The notes below the pieces were generated by a model. The model worked only from the letters and a program-made list of their open reading frames with translations, was not told where the DNA came from and made no database searches. This document shows, in pieces, positions 20,882 through 32,145 of a stretch of 64,000 nt of DNA; within the stretch, counting starts at the first letter, position 1; each line of letters opens with the position of its first letter. Position numbers and translations under genes: made by a program. The stretch spans positions 1-64,000 of the forward strand of contig CAXTYC010000018.1 of NCBI GenBank assembly GCA_964248365.1, written 5' to 3'. This DNA is from an uncultured Chroococcidiopsis sp. (lineage in GTDB: Bacteria > Cyanobacteriota > Cyanobacteriia > Cyanobacteriales > Chroococcidiopsidaceae).

Positions 20882-20898
20882 AACTAAATTTAACTTTC

Positions 20899-21348
20899 TC
20901 ACACCCTTTGAGCTTTTTTTCTAGGACATAGTACCTGTGCCAAAGCCTCAGATGAAGGTGACGGAATTCTTCTTTCTAATTGCGCTACCGAGGGCTGGGA
21001 TAGTCGGGTAGTATGTCCTTGTGCTATCATCCGGCGGTGAATTTCTTCCCATGTGGGAAAATTGCTGTCTGTCTGTTCCCAATGAACAACTACTGCTTCA
21101 TCACACCACTTTTGAATATTTGGCATGGCTTGACGGTGTGCGCCAGAATTTCGGTAGTACTTCATTGCTGCTTGTTTTTCCCAAACTGTCAACGTCCAAC
21201 TTCCACCGCGATCGTCTCCAAGGAACTTGCCACCTAAAAATCCTGGTGTGTTGATGATTTGCCATGTACTTAGTGCAGTATGCCACCAAAAGCCTGGTAG
21301 ATACAAAGGCGATTTTAAATGCAGGCGTGTGACTGAAATAAAAACCAT
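20899..21348 (-). CDS. DUF3291-like / antibiotic-monooxygenase-fold protein
   Basis: FISVTRLHL..PGFLGG..WTLTVWE..GAHRQAMP..WCDEA pattern. Confidence 0.7.
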   Translation of the reverse strand: MVFISVTRLHLKSPLYLPGFWWHTALSTWQIINTPGFLGGKFLGDDRGGSWTLTVWEKQAAMKYYRNSGAHRQAMPNIQKWCDEAVVVHWEQTDSNFPTWEEIHRRMIAQGHTTRLSQPSVAQLERRIPSPSSEALAQVLCPRKKAQRV

Positions 21349-21447
21349 TTTCTTTTCTCCTGTTAACTGTTGAATATGCTCCTCGAGGAGAGTGTCGTGT
21401 GAGTTACCTGACAGACGGCAATAATGTGCTATTGCTGTACAATTTCT

Positions 21448-21495
21448 TTATGCAATTAATTGCATAATATACTTTATATGCAATTAATTGCATAT
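21448..21495. promoter_or_regulatory. Two perfect 20-bp palindromes, probable PadR operators
   Basis: TTATGCAATTAATTGCATAA (21448-21467) and ATATGCAATTAATTGCATAT (21476-21495) lie between divergent genes, just upstream of padR. Confidence 0.75.
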
Positions 21496-21513
21496 GTCAA
21501 GTAAAGAATTATT

Positions 21514-22053
21514 ATGGCTTTAGCACACGCAATTTTGGCTTGTTTGGTTGAACGTCCCTGTAGTGGATACGACTTAGCAAAGCAATTTGATGGTTCAGTA
21601 GGCTATTTTTGGTCGGCGAGTCACCAGCAGATATATCGGGAGTTGTCCAAGCTTGAAGAGCAAGGCTGGATAACTTCACAGACGCTACAGCAGTCAGGGC
21701 GACCAGATAAAAAGCTCTATCGCATTACAGACAAAGGAGATGAGCATCTCAGGACATGGATCGCTTCTCCTTGTGAACCGATGCCGATTAAAGATGATTT
21801 ACTAGTGAAAATTTTTGCAGGTTATATTGCTTCCCCCCAAACAATCTTGTCGGAAATAGAGCGTCACCGTGAAGCTCATTTAAAAAAATTATCTGTATAC
21901 AAGGATTTGGAACAACGCTACTTTCAAAATCCGCAAGAACTGTCTGAAGAAGAAAAATTTCAGTATCTAACTCTGCTCAAAGGCATTAGCTATGAAACAG
22001 ATTGGCTTGCTTGGTGTGACAAAGCGATGCAATTACTCGGCTTTCGCAATTAA
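21514..22053 (+). CDS. PadR family transcriptional regulator (AphA-like)
   Basis: LAHAILACL..SGYDLAK.F..FWSASHQQIYREL..GRPDKKLYRIT.KG. Confidence 0.92.
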   Translation: MALAHAILACLVERPCSGYDLAKQFDGSVGYFWSASHQQIYRELSKLEEQGWITSQTLQQSGRPDKKLYRITDKGDEHLRTWIASPCEPMPIKDDLLVKIFAGYIASPQTILSEIERHREAHLKKLSVYKDLEQRYFQNPQELSEEEKFQYLTLLKGISYETDWLAWCDKAMQLLGFRN

Positions 22054-22108
22054 GCTATTTTAGCAGCTGCCTTGTTTGCTACAATATCTAGGTTGTTTAA
22101 TCTGATAC

Positions 22109-22627
22109 GTGTCTTTGATCAACCAGAGTCAGTCAATCGGTATATCCAACGTCGATACCCTAGCCCAAGAACTGGCAACAATCCAGCAAACGGGCGCTAA
22201 ACGTATTGCTTTACTGGGTTCGCGTCATGTTCCCCTTACTCATCAGCACCTGATTGAAATGATGAGCTATGCTCTGGTTTTGTCAGGCAATCGGCTCATC
22301 ACTTCTGGTGCTACTGGTACAAATTCAGCTGCAATTCGCGGCGCTATGCGTGCCGATCCAAATATGTTAACGGTGATTCTGCCCCAAAGCCTAGAGCGTC
22401 AACCCGCAGAATCACGCCAGCAACTAGAATCTGTGATGCATTTGGTGGAAAATGCCAAAAACGATCAGCTATCCCTGGCGGAAGCTAGCGCTGTTTGTAA
22501 TCAGGAGATTATCTCCCGTTGTCAGCAGCTAATTTGTTTTGCCTTTCATGATAGTCGCACTCTGCTGCAAACTTGCCAGGAAGCAGAAGACCAAAGCAAA
22601 GTAGTGACGTTGTTTTACTTTGATTAA
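22109..22627 (+). CDS. Small DprA/Smf-like (SLOG fold) conserved protein
   Basis: RIALLGSRH, ITSGATGTNSAAIRGA and FAFHDS. Confidence 0.75.
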   Translation: MSLINQSQSIGISNVDTLAQELATIQQTGAKRIALLGSRHVPLTHQHLIEMMSYALVLSGNRLITSGATGTNSAAIRGAMRADPNMLTVILPQSLERQPAESRQQLESVMHLVENAKNDQLSLAEASAVCNQEIISRCQQLICFAFHDSRTLLQTCQEAEDQSKVVTLFYFD

Positions 22628-22770
22628 AAGTGAGGAGCAATGAAAGTATGAAGTTAGAAGTATAAAGTGTGAATTGTTAAAGTTGCAACTTCATCCTTTA
22701 TCATGCCCGCCTTCAATCTTTCTCTAGTTCGTTAATTTAAGCTAGATTTTAACCAAAATGTATTAGGTAG

Positions 22771-23205
22771 ATGAATATATCACAACTAGCGCCATCTGTT
22801 ACGTTTGTGTATTGTATTGCCGCTGCTGCTGTCCTGATTTATCTACCATTTTTGGTTGTAGCTTATGAGCGGATGCGTGTTGGTTTCAATATTGCTGCTC
22901 CCCGCACTATGTTTGATAAACTACCACCCTATGCCCAACGCGCTACTTGGGCGCATGAAAACTCATTTGAGGCTTTCACAATTTTTGCCCCAGCAGCGTT
23001 AATGGCATTGGTGACTGGTGTAAATTCATCTCTAGCAGTGGGAGCTGCGATCGCTTTTGTAGTAGCTAGACTACTCTACTCGGTTTTTTATATTGGTAAT
23101 ATACCCCTAGCACGAAGTCTCATGTTTGCGATCGGCAGCCTTTGCTCTGGTATCCTAATCGTTCTGAGTATCCTACAAGCAAATAGCTCTTCACTATTGC
23201 CTTGA
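22771..23205 (+). CDS. MAPEG family membrane protein
   Basis: YAQRATWAHENSFEAF motif and hydrophobic helices. Confidence 0.85.
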   Translation: MNISQLAPSVTFVYCIAAAAVLIYLPFLVVAYERMRVGFNIAAPRTMFDKLPPYAQRATWAHENSFEAFTIFAPAALMALVTGVNSSLAVGAAIAFVVARLLYSVFYIGNIPLARSLMFAIGSLCSGILIVLSILQANSSSLLP

Positions 23206-23288
23206 TCTAAACTTGATTTTCAAAGTTCGATAGATCAAAACAAACCCCTAGCCCCTGGATCCTCTAGCCCCTAGCCCCTCACCTGCTT

Positions 23289-23780
23289 ATGGCTTCTAAC
23301 TATTCCTTCGATATTGTCAGCGACTTTGATCGCCAAGAACTAGTCAACGCTGTCGATCAAACCATTCGGGACATCAACAGCCGCTACGACCTCAAAGATA
23401 CTAAAACTACAGTAGAATTGGGCGAGGATACTATTACCATCAACACAGATAGCGAATTTACCCTAGAGTCTGTTCACACCATCTTGCGGGAAAAAGCTGC
23501 TAAGCGCCAACTCTCCCAAAAAATCTTTGATTTCGGTAAAGTTGAATCAGCTAGTGGTAATCGTGTACGTCAAGAAATCAAACTTAAAAAAGGCATTAGC
23601 CAAGAAATTGCTAAACAAATTAGTAAGTTGATTCGGGACGAATTCAAAAAGGTGCAAGCTTCAATCCAAGGTGACGCTGTGCGTGTTTCCAGTAAAACTA
23701 AAGATGACCTTCAAACCGTAATTGCCCGTTTGAAGCAAGAAGATTTACCCGTCGCTTTGCAATTTACTAATTATCGATAG
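23289..23780 (+). CDS. yajQ: YajQ family cyclic di-GMP/nucleotide-binding protein
   Basis: [32 protein letters not shown] and LQFTNYR. Confidence 0.95.
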   Translation: MASNYSFDIVSDFDRQELVNAVDQTIRDINSRYDLKDTKTTVELGEDTITINTDSEFTLESVHTILREKAAKRQLSQKIFDFGKVESASGNRVRQEIKLKKGISQEIAKQISKLIRDEFKKVQASIQGDAVRVSSKTKDDLQTVIARLKQEDLPVALQFTNYR

Positions 23781-23832
23781 GTAGGCTCAAGTGAGTCTGT
23801 CTATCTGATGGCAATATATATTTATTTTAGTT

Positions 23833-23858
23833 AATGCCTGAATATCTGTTCATACGTT
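23833..23858. promoter_or_regulatory. SmtB/ZiaR-type 12-2-12 operator upstream of smtA
   Basis: AATGCCTGAATA-TC-TGTTCATACGTT has the TGAA..TTCA core and abuts TATAAT (23858-23863). Confidence 0.65.
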
Positions 23859-23891
23859 ATAATAAATGAAGGAACGAGTAGGAATAAAGTC

Positions 23892-24062
23892 ATGACAAAC
23901 GTAACTCAAATGAAATGTGCTTGTGAGTCTTGCCTGTGTGTTGTTTCATTAGCTGATGCAATTCAAAAAGATGGTAAGCCCTACTGTAGTGAAGCCTGTG
24001 CTGATGGTCATCCTCAAGGTAGTAGTGGCTGCGGTCATAGTGGTTGTGGATGCAACAGTTAA
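23892..24062 (+). CDS. smtA: Bacterial metallothionein, 56 aa (missing from the ORF track)
   Basis: MTNVTQMKCACESCLCVVSLADAIQKDGKPYCSEACADGHPQGSSGCGHSGCGCNS*, a classic SmtA cysteine pattern. Confidence 0.95.
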   Translation: MTNVTQMKCACESCLCVVSLADAIQKDGKPYCSEACADGHPQGSSGCGHSGCGCNS

Positions 24063-24182
24063 GCTGATGCAAATTAAATGTACATCAGCTGATTAAGATT
24101 AACCGGATTTGATCGAAGGAAGATCTGTTGGGTTTAAACGTTTCTTCATTTTCCCAGCCGTTCCCCCGTGACTTGGAGCATC

Positions 24183-25592
24183 TCAGATTTTCGCTTTCAA
24201 TTTAGTGCTGGATTGTCCTACTTGGAACGAGCGATCGCCTACTTTCTTGAGCTTAATTCCGCCTGCGGGTGCAAGCGTACCGCCTCGGCGCTGTGGCTTG
24301 ACGGGTTTGGTTTCGGCTAGCTCTAGTTCGCAGTGACTCAAGATTGTTTTCAAAATTAGCGTCATTTCATACATCGCTAATGCCGCTCCCACACAGCGAC
24401 GAGTTCCAGCGCCAAAGGGTAAAAACTCATAAGGTGAAAACTGCCGCTCTAAAAAGCGTTCGGGGCGAAACTCTTTTGAATTAGGGTACAGTTCTTCCCG
24501 ATGGTGAACCAGGTAAATGCAACCCATGAGTAACGAACCAGCCTCTAAGTCATAGCCCATTAATTGCATTGGCTTTTCCACGCGACGGGGTAACGTCACC
24601 AAGGCAACTGGATAGATGCGTAGGGTTTCATTGCAAACTGCCGTCAGATATGGTAGTCGGGCAATGCTAGTAAAATCATTGCTTTGTTGCCAGGGTTCCA
24701 GTTCTTTCTCCAGTTTGAGGCGCACTTCGGGTAGTTTGTGAATCCAGTACAGCGCCCAAGCAAGGGCAGTTGCCGTTGTCTCGTGTCCGGCAATCAGCAG
24801 TGTCATCAGTTCGTCATGCAGTTCCTCATCTGTCAACCCCCGACCGTTTTCATCTTTTGCACTTAACAACAGTGATAGAACGTCGGTTTGTGCTGGATCG
24901 AGCGATGCGCGGCGCGAGCGAATTTCTGCATACAGTAAGCGATCTGTTTGCTCAACAGTTCGGCGGATTTTGCCCCCAATGCTTTGCGGTCCAAGATCGA
25001 TCGCCAGCTGGGGAAAGAATACCAAAATTGAAGTTAGAGGAGTACTAATCGCATTTAGCCGCTGTGCCAGTAGTTGTTCGAGTTGTCGATAGCGATCGCC
25101 CTCATGCAGACCAAAAACCGCTTGCAAAATCACTCGCATCGTAATTTTTTGCATGGCATCGCGGGCGGAAAAACTAGAGTTTAGCTGCCATTCGTCTATA
25201 ACTTCACGAGTAATGCTGCAAATCAGTTCGCCATAGGCTTTCATGCGATCGCCGTGAAAAGGTGGCATGATTAACTGTCGCCGCTGACGATGCTGCTTGC
25301 CATTGAGGAGAATCAGCGAATTTTCTCCCAATAGTGGCTTTGCTAAAATGTTGACATCCCCAGGAGCTGTTATCTCGTTGCTATTATCGTGAGTCAGGAG
25401 ATATTGAATTGCCTGGGGGTGATTTACCAAAATCAGCGGCTCTGGGTTAACCGGAGAAATTTCAGCTTGAAACAAATCGCCAAAGCGCTGAAAATTTGTT
25501 TCCATATATTCCAAAGGATTGAACACCCATTGGAGAGTTTGCAATAGTGCAGGCGTTTTGGGGCGCTTAACAGCAATCATAAGCGGTTTCAA
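24183..25592 (-). CDS. Cytochrome P450 (CYP110-like)
   Basis: AGHETTA, ETLR, FRPERF and the heme motif PFGAGTRRCVG. Confidence 0.95.
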   Translation of the reverse strand: MKPLMIAVKRPKTPALLQTLQWVFNPLEYMETNFQRFGDLFQAEISPVNPEPLILVNHPQAIQYLLTHDNSNEITAPGDVNILAKPLLGENSLILLNGKQHRQRRQLIMPPFHGDRMKAYGELICSITREVIDEWQLNSSFSARDAMQKITMRVILQAVFGLHEGDRYRQLEQLLAQRLNAISTPLTSILVFFPQLAIDLGPQSIGGKIRRTVEQTDRLLYAEIRSRRASLDPAQTDVLSLLLSAKDENGRGLTDEELHDELMTLLIAGHETTATALAWALYWIHKLPEVRLKLEKELEPWQQSNDFTSIARLPYLTAVCNETLRIYPVALVTLPRRVEKPMQLMGYDLEAGSLLMGCIYLVHHREELYPNSKEFRPERFLERQFSPYEFLPFGAGTRRCVGAALAMYEMTLILKTILSHCELELAETKPVKPQRRGGTLAPAGGIKLKKVGDRSFQVGQSSTKLKAKI

Positions 25593-25662
25593 GAAACTTT
25601 ACTTCAAATTTTAAAGCCTTGAGTCAGATTTACAAGTTAATATAGCATTCAAATTAATATTT

Positions 25663-25863
25663 ATGAATCTTCGCCAAGAATTGTTGAATCTAATTGAGCA
25701 AATGCCTGATGAGCAGTTATTTGTGTTGATAAATACGGCTCTTAAGCTAAAAGAAAATAATTATGATGAGATTTCTAATTTAAAGACTTTACAGTTTGAG
25801 TCTCAGGCTTATCAAGAATGGGTAAGTGCTGAAAACGATATTTACGAAGAAATATTTAGTTAA
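25663..25863 (+). CDS. Small acidic hypothetical protein (antitoxin-like)
   Basis: 66-aa ORF ending YQEWVSAENDIYEEIF. No partner toxin is visible. Confidence 0.5.
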   Translation: MNLRQELLNLIEQMPDEQLFVLINTALKLKENNYDEISNLKTLQFESQAYQEWVSAENDIYEEIFS

Positions 25864-25921
25864 GAAATCTAAAAAAGTTAATGTTATGTGTTTATTTGTA
25901 GATTCATATTAAGATAAAATA

Positions 25922-26713
25922 CTAATTTGCCATGCTTGCACACAAAAAGCGATAGCCTACATCGATTTCTGTTAGTTGCCGTATTTGTCGATATTTTGCC
26001 TCCCATTCTCCACTATTTAAATCTGCTTCAAGCAGTTTTACACCCTTTTCAAATACGCCCTTTTCAGCTAAAATAAAAGCTGACATACCTGCTCTTATTT
26101 GAGGATTTAAATATACTTCTGGTCGCCGCCAACCTGCTGCAAGAAACATATCTGATAAATCAGGTGGTAGCATTAGAGTAGAAACTTTAACTATCCTCTG
26201 AGTAGATTGCTCGATTAAAGTTACGATATTTTCTAAAGGTGGAAAAAAGCGCTCGTCGTATTCCCGAATAAAGGGAAAATAATCATAAAGCCAGAAGTTA
26301 TCCCCAATTCTAGGATCAAAAGTGAGAAAAACGATCGCCCCATTCTTCTTTGTCACTCGGTTTATTTCTGTGAGGGCGCTTTCTAGATCAGAAAAATGAT
26401 GCATAGCTAAAATGCTGAAGGCTGCATCCACACATGAACTATCTAGGAGAATTAACTCTTCTGCATTTGCGCTAATCCATTGCACTTGGGGATGGGGTAT
26501 AGCTTGGGAACGCATTACATAGGATGGTTCGACGGGGTAAACAACAAATCCCTGATTGGCGATCGCCCGACTATAGCCTCCCGTTCCAGCACCAATATCA
26601 GCAACAATGCTTCCCTTGTCTAAAGCTAGTAAATGCAACAAAAAATCTACTATTCGAGGATCGGGAAGCCGAGATTTTGAATAAGACTGACCAATAGCAT
26701 CATAAATTGGCAT
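25922..26713 (-). CDS. Class I SAM-dependent methyltransferase
   Basis: VADIGAGTG motif I and AMHHF. Confidence 0.88.
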   Translation of the reverse strand: MPIYDAIGQSYSKSRLPDPRIVDFLLHLLALDKGSIVADIGAGTGGYSRAIANQGFVVYPVEPSYVMRSQAIPHPQVQWISANAEELILLDSSCVDAAFSILAMHHFSDLESALTEINRVTKKNGAIVFLTFDPRIGDNFWLYDYFPFIREYDERFFPPLENIVTLIEQSTQRIVKVSTLMLPPDLSDMFLAAGWRRPEVYLNPQIRAGMSAFILAEKGVFEKGVKLLEADLNSGEWEAKYRQIRQLTEIDVGYRFLCASMAN

Positions 26714-26944
26714 AACTCAAGAATCTAGGCGAAGCCTTCTGTGAAGGGTAGGATAAAGTGTGAAGGATGAAGGCTGAAACTTTTCATCCTTCAGCCTTCA
26801 TACTTTACCCTAGCCCCTAGCAAAAGCGCCCCCTCTTTAAATATTTGATGCGAGCGCCCTAAAACACCACAAAGTGGGCAAAATAGATTACAGGTAAAAA
26901 TATGTAAATTATCTAAACTGTAGTTTAAATAAACGTCACTGCCT

Positions 26945-29900
26945 ATGAATAGTTTATTTCTATCACGCCTACAAAGTAGCGATCGCCCCGTTCTCGTTTT
27001 TGATGGGGCGATGGGTACTAACCTGCAAAGTCAAAACCTCACTGCGGAAGACTTTGGAGGGGCGCAGTACGAGGGATGTAATGAGTATCTAGTACACACT
27101 AAACCCGAAGCAGTTGCGAAAGTTCACCGTGATTTTCTCGCGGCTGGCGCTGATGTAATTGAAACAGATACCTTTGGCGGTACATCAATTGTACTGGCAG
27201 AATATGACTTGGCAGACAAGGCGTACTACCTGAATAAGACAGCAGCCCTACTAGCAAAGCGTGTCGCTGCTGAATTTTCCACACCAGAAAAACCCCGATT
27301 TGTCGCAGGTTCAATGGGACCTGGAACCAAATTACCTACCTTGGGGCATATTGACTTTGACACGATGAAAGCTGCTTATGTAGAACAGGCAGAAGCCTTG
27401 TTTGATGGTGGGGTAGATCTATTTATTGTTGAGACTTGCCAAGATGTGCTGCAAATCAAAGCGGCGCTTAATGGTATAGAAGAAGTCTTTGCGAAAAAAG
27501 GCGATCGCCGTCCCTTAATGGTTTCTGTAACAATGGAAACTATGGGGACGATGCTAGTGGGTACGGAAATCAGCGCCGTAGTGACAATATTAGAACGTTA
27601 CCCAATTGACATTCTCGGTCTGAACTGTGCCACAGGACCAGACCTAATGAAACCACATATCAAGTATCTATCGGAACATTCGCCTTTTATCGTTTCCTGT
27701 ATTCCCAATGCTGGTTTACCAGAAAACGTCGGCGGACAAGCGTATTATCGCTTGACACCGATGGAATTGCGGATGTCGCTGATGCATTTTGTTGAAGATT
27801 TGGGTGTCCAAGTGATTGGGGGTTGCTGTGGGACACGTCCAGAACACATTCAACAAATGGCAGAAATTGCCTCTTCGCTAAAACCAAAAACCAGACAGCC
27901 AAGCCTAGAACCAGCCGCCGCGTCAATTTATAGCACTGTACCCTACGACCAGGATAACTCTTTCCTAATTGTGGGAGAACGCCTTAACGCCAGTGGTTCC
28001 AAAAAATGCCGTGATTTGCTCAATGCGGAAGATTGGGATGGACTCGTGTCGATGGCGAGGGCGCAAGTCAAGGAAGGCGCACACGTCCTAGATGTGAACG
28101 TGGATTATGTAGGACGGGACGGCGTGCGGGATATGCACGAATTGGTATCTCGTTTGGTAAACAATGTTACATTACCTTTGATGCTCGACTCCACCGAATG
28201 GGAAAAGATGGAGGCAGGGTTAAAAGTTGCCGGAGGTAAGTGTTTATTGAACTCCACCAACTACGAAGATGGGGAACCACGTTTTCTAAAGGTGTTGGAG
28301 TTGGCGCTCAAATATGGTGCTGGCGTAGTAATTGGCACAATTGATGAAGAGGGGATGGCAAGGACGGCTGATAGAAAGTTTGAAATTGCCCAACGTGCTT
28401 ATCGTCAAGCTGTAGAATATGGTATTCCCCCCCATGAAATCTTTTTTGATACACTAGCTCTACCAATTTCTACTGGGATTGAAGAAGACCGCGAGAATGG
28501 AAAAGCAACAATTGAAGCAATTCGCCGCATTCGCCAAGAATTGCCAGGATGTCATGTAATTTTGGGTGTATCCAATGTTTCGTTTGGGTTAAATCCCCCC
28601 GCGCGGGTAGTGCTGAACTCGGTGTTTTTGCATGAGGCGATCGCTGCTGGTATGGATGCAGCAATAGTTAGTCCTAATAAGATTTTACCACTGTCAAAGA
28701 TTTCGGCAAGACATCAAGAAGTCTGTTACCAACTGATTTATGATCAGCGAAAATTTGAAGGCAATGTGTGCGTTTACGATCCCTTGGGTGAGTTGACGAC
28801 ATTGTTTGAAGGAGTGACAACGAAACGCGACAAAGGTGTTGACGAAAGCCTCCCCATTGAAGAACGCCTGAAGCAGCACATCATCGACGGCGAACGCATT
28901 GGTTTAGAGGAACAACTCGCAAAAGCTTTAGAGAAATATCCACCTTTAGAAATTATCAATACCTTCCTACTAGATGGCATGAAAGTAGTAGGGGAATTGT
29001 TCGGTTCTGGACAAATGCAACTACCTTTCGTGTTGCAATCTGCTGAAACGATGAAAGCAGCGGTTGCTTATCTCGAACCTTTGATGGAAAAGTCAGAATC
29101 TGGCAATAATGCTAAGGGTACAGTGATAATTGCCACAGTCAAAGGTGATGTCCACGATATTGGTAAAAATCTTGTAGATATCATCTTGTCGAATAATGGC
29201 TATAAGGTGATTAACTTGGGTATTAAGCAGCCAGTAGAAAACATCCTCAATGCTTACGAACAGCACAAAGCTGATTGTATTGCTATGAGTGGTTTGCTGG
29301 TAAAATCCACCGCTTTTATGAAAGAGAATTTAGAGGTTTTCAACGAAAAAGGAATTACTGTTCCTGTAATTTTAGGTGGTGCAGCGCTGACTCCCAAATT
29401 TGTCTATGATGATTGCCAAAAAACCTACAAAGGTAAGGTGGTTTATGGCAAAGATGCCTTCTCTGACTTGCATTTCATGGATAAATTAATGCCAGCGAAG
29501 GCTGCTAGCCAGTGGGATGATTTTCAGGGATTTTTGAATGGAGTTGGAACTCAGGAGTCAGAAGTTAGGAGTCAGGAGTCAGAAGTCAGGAGTCAGGAGT
29601 CAGAAACACCAATTACCAATCATCAATTACCAATTACCACCCAACTAGATACAAGGCGTTCTGAAGCGGTGGCGGTGGATATTGAACGTCCAACCCCACC
29701 TTTTTGGGGAACTAAGTTATTGCAGGCGAGTGATATTCCTTGGACAGAGATATTTTGGCATCTGGATTTGCAAGCTTTGATTGCTGGACAGTGGCAATTT
29801 CGTAAGCCGAAGGAACAATCTAAGGAAGAATATCAGGCTTTCTTGAATCAGAAGGTGTATCCGCTTTTGGAGGAGTGGAAGCAAAAGATTGTTGAGGAGA

Positions 29901-30523
29901 ATTTGTTGCAACCGCAGGTGATTTATGGGTATTTTCCTTGTCAGTCTGAGGGAAATACTTTGTATGTTTATGATGCGAACCGCGAAGGCGCTAGCCTGGG
30001 GTTTAAACCCCAGGGAAACGCGAAGGAGGTTGCAAAGTTTGAGTTTCCAAGACAAAGGTCGTTGAGGCGGTTGTGTATTGCGGATTTCTTTGCACCCAAG
30101 GAGTCGGGGATTATTGATGTGTTTCCGATGCAGGCGGTGACTGTGGGTGAGGTTGCTACTGAATATGCACAGAAGTTGTTTGCTGCGCATCAGTATGCAG
30201 ATTATCTCTATTTTCACGGGTTAGCGGTGCAGGTGGCGGAAGCTTTGGCGGAGTGGACACACGCCCGAATTCGGCGCGAGTTGGGTTTTGGCGCTGAGGA
30301 ACCGGATAATATTCGGGATATGCTAGCACAGCGTTACAGGGGTTCGCGGTATAGTTTTGGCTATCCGGCTTGTCCGAATATTCAGGATCAGTATAAGCAA
30401 CTGAATTTGTTGGGGGCTGACAGGATTAATTTACATATGGATGAAAGCGAACAGCTTTATCCCGAACAGTCTACGACGGCGATTATCGTTTATCACCCAG
30501 TAGCTAAATACTTCAGCGCTTAA
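26945..30523 (+). CDS. metH: B12-dependent methionine synthase
   Basis: [31 protein letters not shown], cobalamin motif [12 protein letters not shown] and [10 protein letters not shown]. Confidence 0.97.
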   Translation: MNSLFLSRLQSSDRPVLVFDGAMGTNLQSQNLTAEDFGGAQYEGCNEYLVHTKPEAVAKVHRDFLAAGADVIETDTFGGTSIVLAEYDLADKAYYLNKTAALLAKRVAAEFSTPEKPRFVAGSMGPGTKLPTLGHIDFDTMKAAYVEQAEALFDGGVDLFIVETCQDVLQIKAALNGIEEVFAKKGDRRPLMVSVTMETMGTMLVGTEISAVVTILERYPIDILGLNCATGPDLMKPHIKYLSEHSPFIVSCIPNAGLPENVGGQAYYRLTPMELRMSLMHFVEDLGVQVIGGCCGTRPEHIQQMAEIASSLKPKTRQPSLEPAAASIYSTVPYDQDNSFLIVGERLNASGSKKCRDLLNAEDWDGLVSMARAQVKEGAHVLDVNVDYVGRDGVRDMHELVSRLVNNVTLPLMLDSTEWEKMEAGLKVAGGKCLLNSTNYEDGEPRFLKVLELALKYGAGVVIGTIDEEGMARTADRKFEIAQRAYRQAVEYGIPPHEIFFDTLALPISTGIEEDRENGKATIEAIRRIRQELPGCHVILGVSNVSFGLNPPARVVLNSVFLHEAIAAGMDAAIVSPNKILPLSKISARHQEVCYQLIYDQRKFEGNVCVYDPLGELTTLFEGVTTKRDKGVDESLPIEERLKQHIIDGERIGLEEQLAKALEKYPPLEIINTFLLDGMKVVGELFGSGQMQLPFVLQSAETMKAAVAYLEPLMEKSESGNNAKGTVIIATVKGDVHDIGKNLVDIILSNNGYKVINLGIKQPVENILNAYEQHKADCIAMSGLLVKSTAFMKENLEVFNEKGITVPVILGGAALTPKFVYDDCQKTYKGKVVYGKDAFSDLHFMDKLMPAKAASQWDDFQGFLNGVGTQESEVRSQESEVRSQESETPITNHQLPITTQLDTRRSEAVAVDIERPTPPFWGTKLLQASDIPWTEIFWHLDLQALIAGQWQFRKPKEQSKEEYQAFLNQKVYPLLEEWKQKIVEENLLQPQVIYGYFPCQSEGNTLYVYDANREGASLGFKPQGNAKEVAKFEFPRQRSLRRLCIADFFAPKESGIIDVFPMQAVTVGEVATEYAQKLFAAHQYADYLYFHGLAVQVAEALAEWTHARIRRELGFGAEEPDNIRDMLAQRYRGSRYSFGYPACPNIQDQYKQLNLLGADRINLHMDESEQLYPEQSTTAIIVYHPVAKYFSA

Positions 30524-30635
30524 TACAGCGATCCTGTAGGTGTAGTGTAGTGCAGTAGCAGTAGGGTGGGCAATGCCCACCTTACAAGTAACGCTATGTT
30601 TATGAAGCGGCATATGAATTGAAGCACATTCTACC

Positions 30636-31295
30636 ATGAAAGATAACATTCTACAATATGGTCCCAACCCTTGTAATCCCTATCCACTTAAGGACTACAA
30701 GCGTTTGTGTTTTCTAAAAAATATTGTTAAAAATCCCAATATCATCATAGGAGATTACACCTATTATGATGATTTTGAAAATCCTGAAAATTTTGAGAAA
30801 AATATATTATACCACTTTGATTTTATCGGAGACAAACTAATAATTGGCAAATTTTGCGCGATCGCCAGCAATGTAAAATTTATTATGAATGGTGGCAATC
30901 ATCAGATAGCTAGTTTCACCACATATCCCTTTTCTATATTCGGTAACGGTTGGGAGAAAGCTTCTCATGATGCTTTCCCTTATAAGGGAGATACTGTTAT
31001 TGGTAATGATGTCTGGATTGGCTATGAGGCATTAATTATGCCAGGTGTAAAAGTGGGAGATGGGGCAGTTATTGCTGCTAAAGCTGTTGTCACTAAAGAT
31101 GTCGAACCTTACACTATAGTTGCTGGTAATCCAGCAAAGCTCATCAAAAAAAGATTTGATGATGAAGTGATTAAAACTCTGCTTGAACTCCAGTGGTGGA
31201 ATTGGGATAGCAAAAAGATATCAGAAAGTATTTCGATTCTTTGCAGTAATAATTTACAAGCTCTCAAATCTCTTGGAAAAATTAAAGATAACTAG
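30636..31295 (+). CDS. Vat/CatB-family (hexapeptide) O-acetyltransferase
   Basis: [35 protein letters not shown] and WWNWD. Confidence 0.9.
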   Translation: MKDNILQYGPNPCNPYPLKDYKRLCFLKNIVKNPNIIIGDYTYYDDFENPENFEKNILYHFDFIGDKLIIGKFCAIASNVKFIMNGGNHQIASFTTYPFSIFGNGWEKASHDAFPYKGDTVIGNDVWIGYEALIMPGVKVGDGAVIAAKAVVTKDVEPYTIVAGNPAKLIKKRFDDEVIKTLLELQWWNWDSKKISESISILCSNNLQALKSLGKIKDN

Positions 31296-31426
31296 TAGAT
31301 AGCCCAGCAATACCCACCTTAGTTTTTAAGTAATTAGACTAAAACGCCCATTTTATAATAATTTGAACTTGGTGTAAGAATTGAGCCTACTAAACTTTAT
31401 CCTAGAAATAAATAAGGAGCAAAAAT

Positions 31427-31708
31427 ATGCAAGCTTACAAACTCAAAGGTAAAGTTGATGAGGCAGGCAATTTAACGATTACAGAACCTGTGATGCCGCC
31501 AGGTGATGTAGAAGTGATTGTCTTGCAGACAGTTGAAACGGTTGATAGCGCTACAATACCAGAAACCGAGCCACAAGCAAAGACACCCAAAAGATCAACT
31601 AAAATTAAAGCTTCGCAACAATGGTTTGACAAAACTCAGCCAGCGCCTCCTGATTTTGACCCAGATCAAGCTAAATGGGAATATCTGAAGGAGAAACATA
31701 ATCTGTGA
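31427..31708 (+). CDS. Hypothetical protein, probable antitoxin
   Basis: GGAG RBS. Ends AKWEYLKEKHNL with a GTGA overlap onto a PIN gene. Confidence 0.7.
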   Translation: MQAYKLKGKVDEAGNLTITEPVMPPGDVEVIVLQTVETVDSATIPETEPQAKTPKRSTKIKASQQWFDKTQPAPPDFDPDQAKWEYLKEKHNL

Positions 31709-32122
31709 AAGTCTTGCTAGACACCAACATTATTGTGGATGTTGCCCTTGAGAGACCACCTTATTTTGGTGATAGTGAGACAGTTTTATCACTCGTTGAA
31801 CAAGGACAAATAGAAGGTTATATTTGAAGGATCAACCTTTAGTGACCTTTACTATATTATCCGTAAAGACAAAGGTCGAGCTTTAGCCCTTGAGTTATTG
31901 AGGGAAATATCCACCTTCTGCCAAGTTGCTACAGTGAATCAGGATGCAATTAACATGGCGCTAGCTGCCAATTTTAAGAATTTTGAAGATGCTATTGGGT
32001 ACAGTACTGCTGTAGTTAATCAATTGGATGCAATTGTTACTCGCAATCCTCAAGATTTTCCTGTTGTTACTCCAAGAATTTTGACTCCTCAACAGTTAAT
32101 TCAAGAATTAATAAATTATTAG
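31705..32122 (+). pseudogene. PIN-domain (VapC-like) toxin, disrupted
   Basis: VKVLLDTNIIVDVAL.. reaches TGA at ~31825. A frameshifted continuation reads STFSDLYYI..FEDAIGY..IVTRNPQDF. Confidence 0.85.
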
Positions 32123-32145
32123 GTGGGCAATGCCCACCCTACAAA

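Noticed and set aside
29717..30217. 166-aa antisense ORF in metH (and similar antisense ORFs elsewhere)
   Set aside because: Shadow ORFs fully inside well-supported genes on the opposite strand.
30636..31295. Acquired antibiotic resistance cassette (vat)
   Set aside because: Vat/CatB-like genes are common in cyanobacterial chromosomes. This one contains a HIP1 site and has no integron or IS context.
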